Source: Spirochaetia bacterium (lineage in GTDB: Bacteria; Spirochaetota; Spirochaetia; WTKD01; G963693115). From it: DNA of 64,000 nucleotides. Under the pieces are notes generated by a model. That model had not been told where the DNA came from and searched no databases. It was given only the letters and a program-made list of their open reading frames with translations. The stretch covers positions 81,499 to 145,498 of the forward strand of contig CBDDCA010000002.1 in the NCBI GenBank assembly GCA_965226055.1. Reading direction: 5' to 3'. Both the position numbers and the translations under genes were made by a program. Shown here piece by piece: positions 62,008 to 64,000 of the stretch. Within the stretch, counting starts at the first letter, position 1. Each line of letters starts with the position of its first letter.

Positions 62008-62502
62008 ATGAGAGTAACATTTTTTAGTAACATAGCTATGTTATTGATAGTTTTTATTTTTCCTTTGTTTTCTCAGAGTAATACAAAAAAAGATGCTCCA
62101 AAATATATTAAAGGCCCCAATGTCGGAAGCAAAGCGTTTGTCCCAAAAGAATATGCAGGAGAATATAACAAGAATATTGAGGAATATTCGTTACCTTGGA
62201 TAGTGACTGATAGAAACTTAGATGGGAAATCTGATTTTGCTACCCTCGTATATCCAGGAAGTTATGTAAAGAAAATGGAAGTATTAGACTTAGACTATGA
62301 TGGTATCATTGATGATTATACGTTTTATGATGAGGAAGGAAAAGTGAATTTTCAGATTATTGATCATAATAAAGATGGAAATGCAGATTTATGGATACAG
62401 GTAAAACAAGGAAAGTTTGTACAACGTTTTCAGCGAGATAAAAATGGAGATGGGGTAGTAGACATAGACAGAGTGTTTGATAGTACTGTGTTGTTTCAAT
62501 AA
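62008..62502 (+). CDS. Exported protein with Dx(D/N)xDG calcium-binding-type motifs
   Basis: Signal peptide; DRNLDG, DLDYDG, DHNKDG, DKNGDG. Confidence 0.75.
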   Translation: MRVTFFSNIAMLLIVFIFPLFSQSNTKKDAPKYIKGPNVGSKAFVPKEYAGEYNKNIEEYSLPWIVTDRNLDGKSDFATLVYPGSYVKKMEVLDLDYDGIIDDYTFYDEEGKVNFQIIDHNKDGNADLWIQVKQGKFVQRFQRDKNGDGVVDIDRVFDSTVLFQ

Positions 62503-62504
62503 TA

Positions 62505-63230
62505 ATGAAAATTTCAGGAAATAATGCGATACTTTCTGCTATTCAAAATGGTAATTTTGGTACCGTATATGTTAGCCCACAGCATAGTTTGCTCCCTAAA
62601 CTAAAGGAACTTGAAAGGAAAAAAAAATGTCGTATTTCCATTAAGCCTATTGTATTTTTTAAGCAAGATAATATACGACAGAATATATTACTACAAGTAC
62701 AGACTTCTATTACTCATTCAGTGGAGAGTGTAAAAAGCTGGCTTGATACTAACACACATCATAGAAATATGCTGGTACTAATTTTGGATCATATTCAAGA
62801 TGCACAAAATTTTGGAGCTATATTTCGTTCAGCTGCTCTTTTTTCGGTTAATTTGATTGTTGTTCCTAACCGAAGATCTGCTCCGATAAATGAATATACT
62901 GTCCGTAGTGCTGCAGGTACTATTTCTTCAGTGCCAATATGTTCTGTGCCTAATCTTACCGCAAGTGTAGATATGCTAAAAAAACATGGGTTTTGGATAT
63001 ATGCCCTCGATATAGAAGGGCAAGCGGTACATCATACTTTGTTTTCTGATAGGAGTGCTTTTATACTTGGAGCAGAAGGGAGTGGGGTATCTCGCTTACT
63101 AAAACAGCATAGTGACTGTACTGTACATATACCAACAACAAATGTTATCGATTCCTTAAATGTGAGTGTCAGCAATGGTATTATTTGCTATGAGTACAGA
63201 AAACAGTTTCCTCTCGTAGCTACAGAGTAA
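62505..63230 (+). CDS. rlmB: TrmH/SpoU-family rRNA methyltransferase (RlmB-like)
   Basis: LDHIQDAQNFGAIFRSA, LGAEGSG, IDSLNVSV. Confidence 0.88.
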   Translation: MKISGNNAILSAIQNGNFGTVYVSPQHSLLPKLKELERKKKCRISIKPIVFFKQDNIRQNILLQVQTSITHSVESVKSWLDTNTHHRNMLVLILDHIQDAQNFGAIFRSAALFSVNLIVVPNRRSAPINEYTVRSAAGTISSVPICSVPNLTASVDMLKKHGFWIYALDIEGQAVHHTLFSDRSAFILGAEGSGVSRLLKQHSDCTVHIPTTNVIDSLNVSVSNGIICYEYRKQFPLVATE

Positions 63231-63242
63231 TAGAGAGAGAAA

Positions 63243-63999
63243 TCATACTACTGTTATGCGGTAGGGATCTACTTTGAATACATTGCATGCGTTTGTGTAT
63301 AGAATGTCAGCCATAGCTTCAACTTCTTGTTCTCGTAAAGTAGCTATTTGTTGTACAGTGTAATGTATGTAGCTAGGCTTGTTACGTTTTCCTTTTAGTT
63401 CAGCTGGAATCATAAAGGGACTTTCACTCTCTACAAGAATATTTTTATCAGGAATATTAGCGGCTGTTTCGCGTAGTTGTTTTGCTGTGCGGTATGTTAC
63501 ACTTCCTGTAAAAGAAAAATATGCATTAGGCAAGATAGACAATATCTCTTGAGCGTACTCCCCAATTTTCAGAATAACAATGAAGTATGACGGGAATATT
63601 TGGCTTGATTTGTCGTAGCACATCAATAATTTCTTTTCCTACTTCTCTGTTATGAATGATAACAGGATATTGAATTTTTTCCGCTATTTCTAAATGCCGT
63701 ATAAAAAATTCTATCTGTTGATTTTTATTTCCGTATTTTCTATCTAAGCCTGTTTCTCCAATAGCCACTACTTTGTCTAACATGGCAAGTTTTTCCACTT
63801 CTTCTTCCCACTTAAAATGGGTGTGGGTTACTTCTGATGGAGATATGCCAACACTAAAATAAACATTCTGAGCAAGAATAAGGTTGTCATAGAGAGGTTT
63901 GAAATCTTGCAAATATTTACATATGTTTATAATACCAACAACATGTTTCGATTTTGCTTCTTGTGCAATGATAACTTGAGAGATAGGGTCATCGTTAAT
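63243..63999 (-). pseudogene. tatD: TatD-family hydrolase with a single frameshift (5' end beyond the window)
   Basis: AIGETGLD, IIHNRE and LHCYS in one frame; FSFTG.VTY, LVESESPF and NKPSY in another; removing one base of the C4 run at 63560-63563 joins them. Confidence 0.85.
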
Positions 64000-64000
64000 G

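Overview
AT-rich bacterial chromosome segment, probably from a spirochaete (inferred from the divergent EF-G paralogue, TatD, tandem cNMP-binding genes and lipoproteins). The housekeeping backbone runs carB (3' part), cimA-leuA under a Leu/Ile leader-peptide attenuator, trpE-G-D, guaB-A, mfd, trmB, fusA-like, argS, gltB-D, trpC-F, grpE-dnaK-dnaJ, rlmB and a frameshifted tatD. Three accessory regions interrupt it. (1) A restriction-modification remnant at 5.2-6.6 kb. (2) A very AT-rich island at 21.5-27.7 kb with an FRG-domain gene and a four-gene operon: Cys-rich 67-aa peptide, two complementary ThiF/E1-like enzymes and a class II UvrA-like ATPase (candidate new RiPP-like system). (3) A mosaic at 37.6-56 kb: a decayed FN3-repeat lipoprotein gene broken by an intact IS481-family element, a Mu-like head/tail prophage remnant, an IS1595 relic and a 2024-aa DUF285/Ig lipoprotein. 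The most striking unannotated signal is a promoter-driven, tRNA-shaped small RNA placed convergently 2 bp behind the phage MuF gene, whose C-terminus looks like a BECR-fold RNase (candidate RNA antitoxin or decoy). All assignments come from motif reading by eye; no database searches were run.
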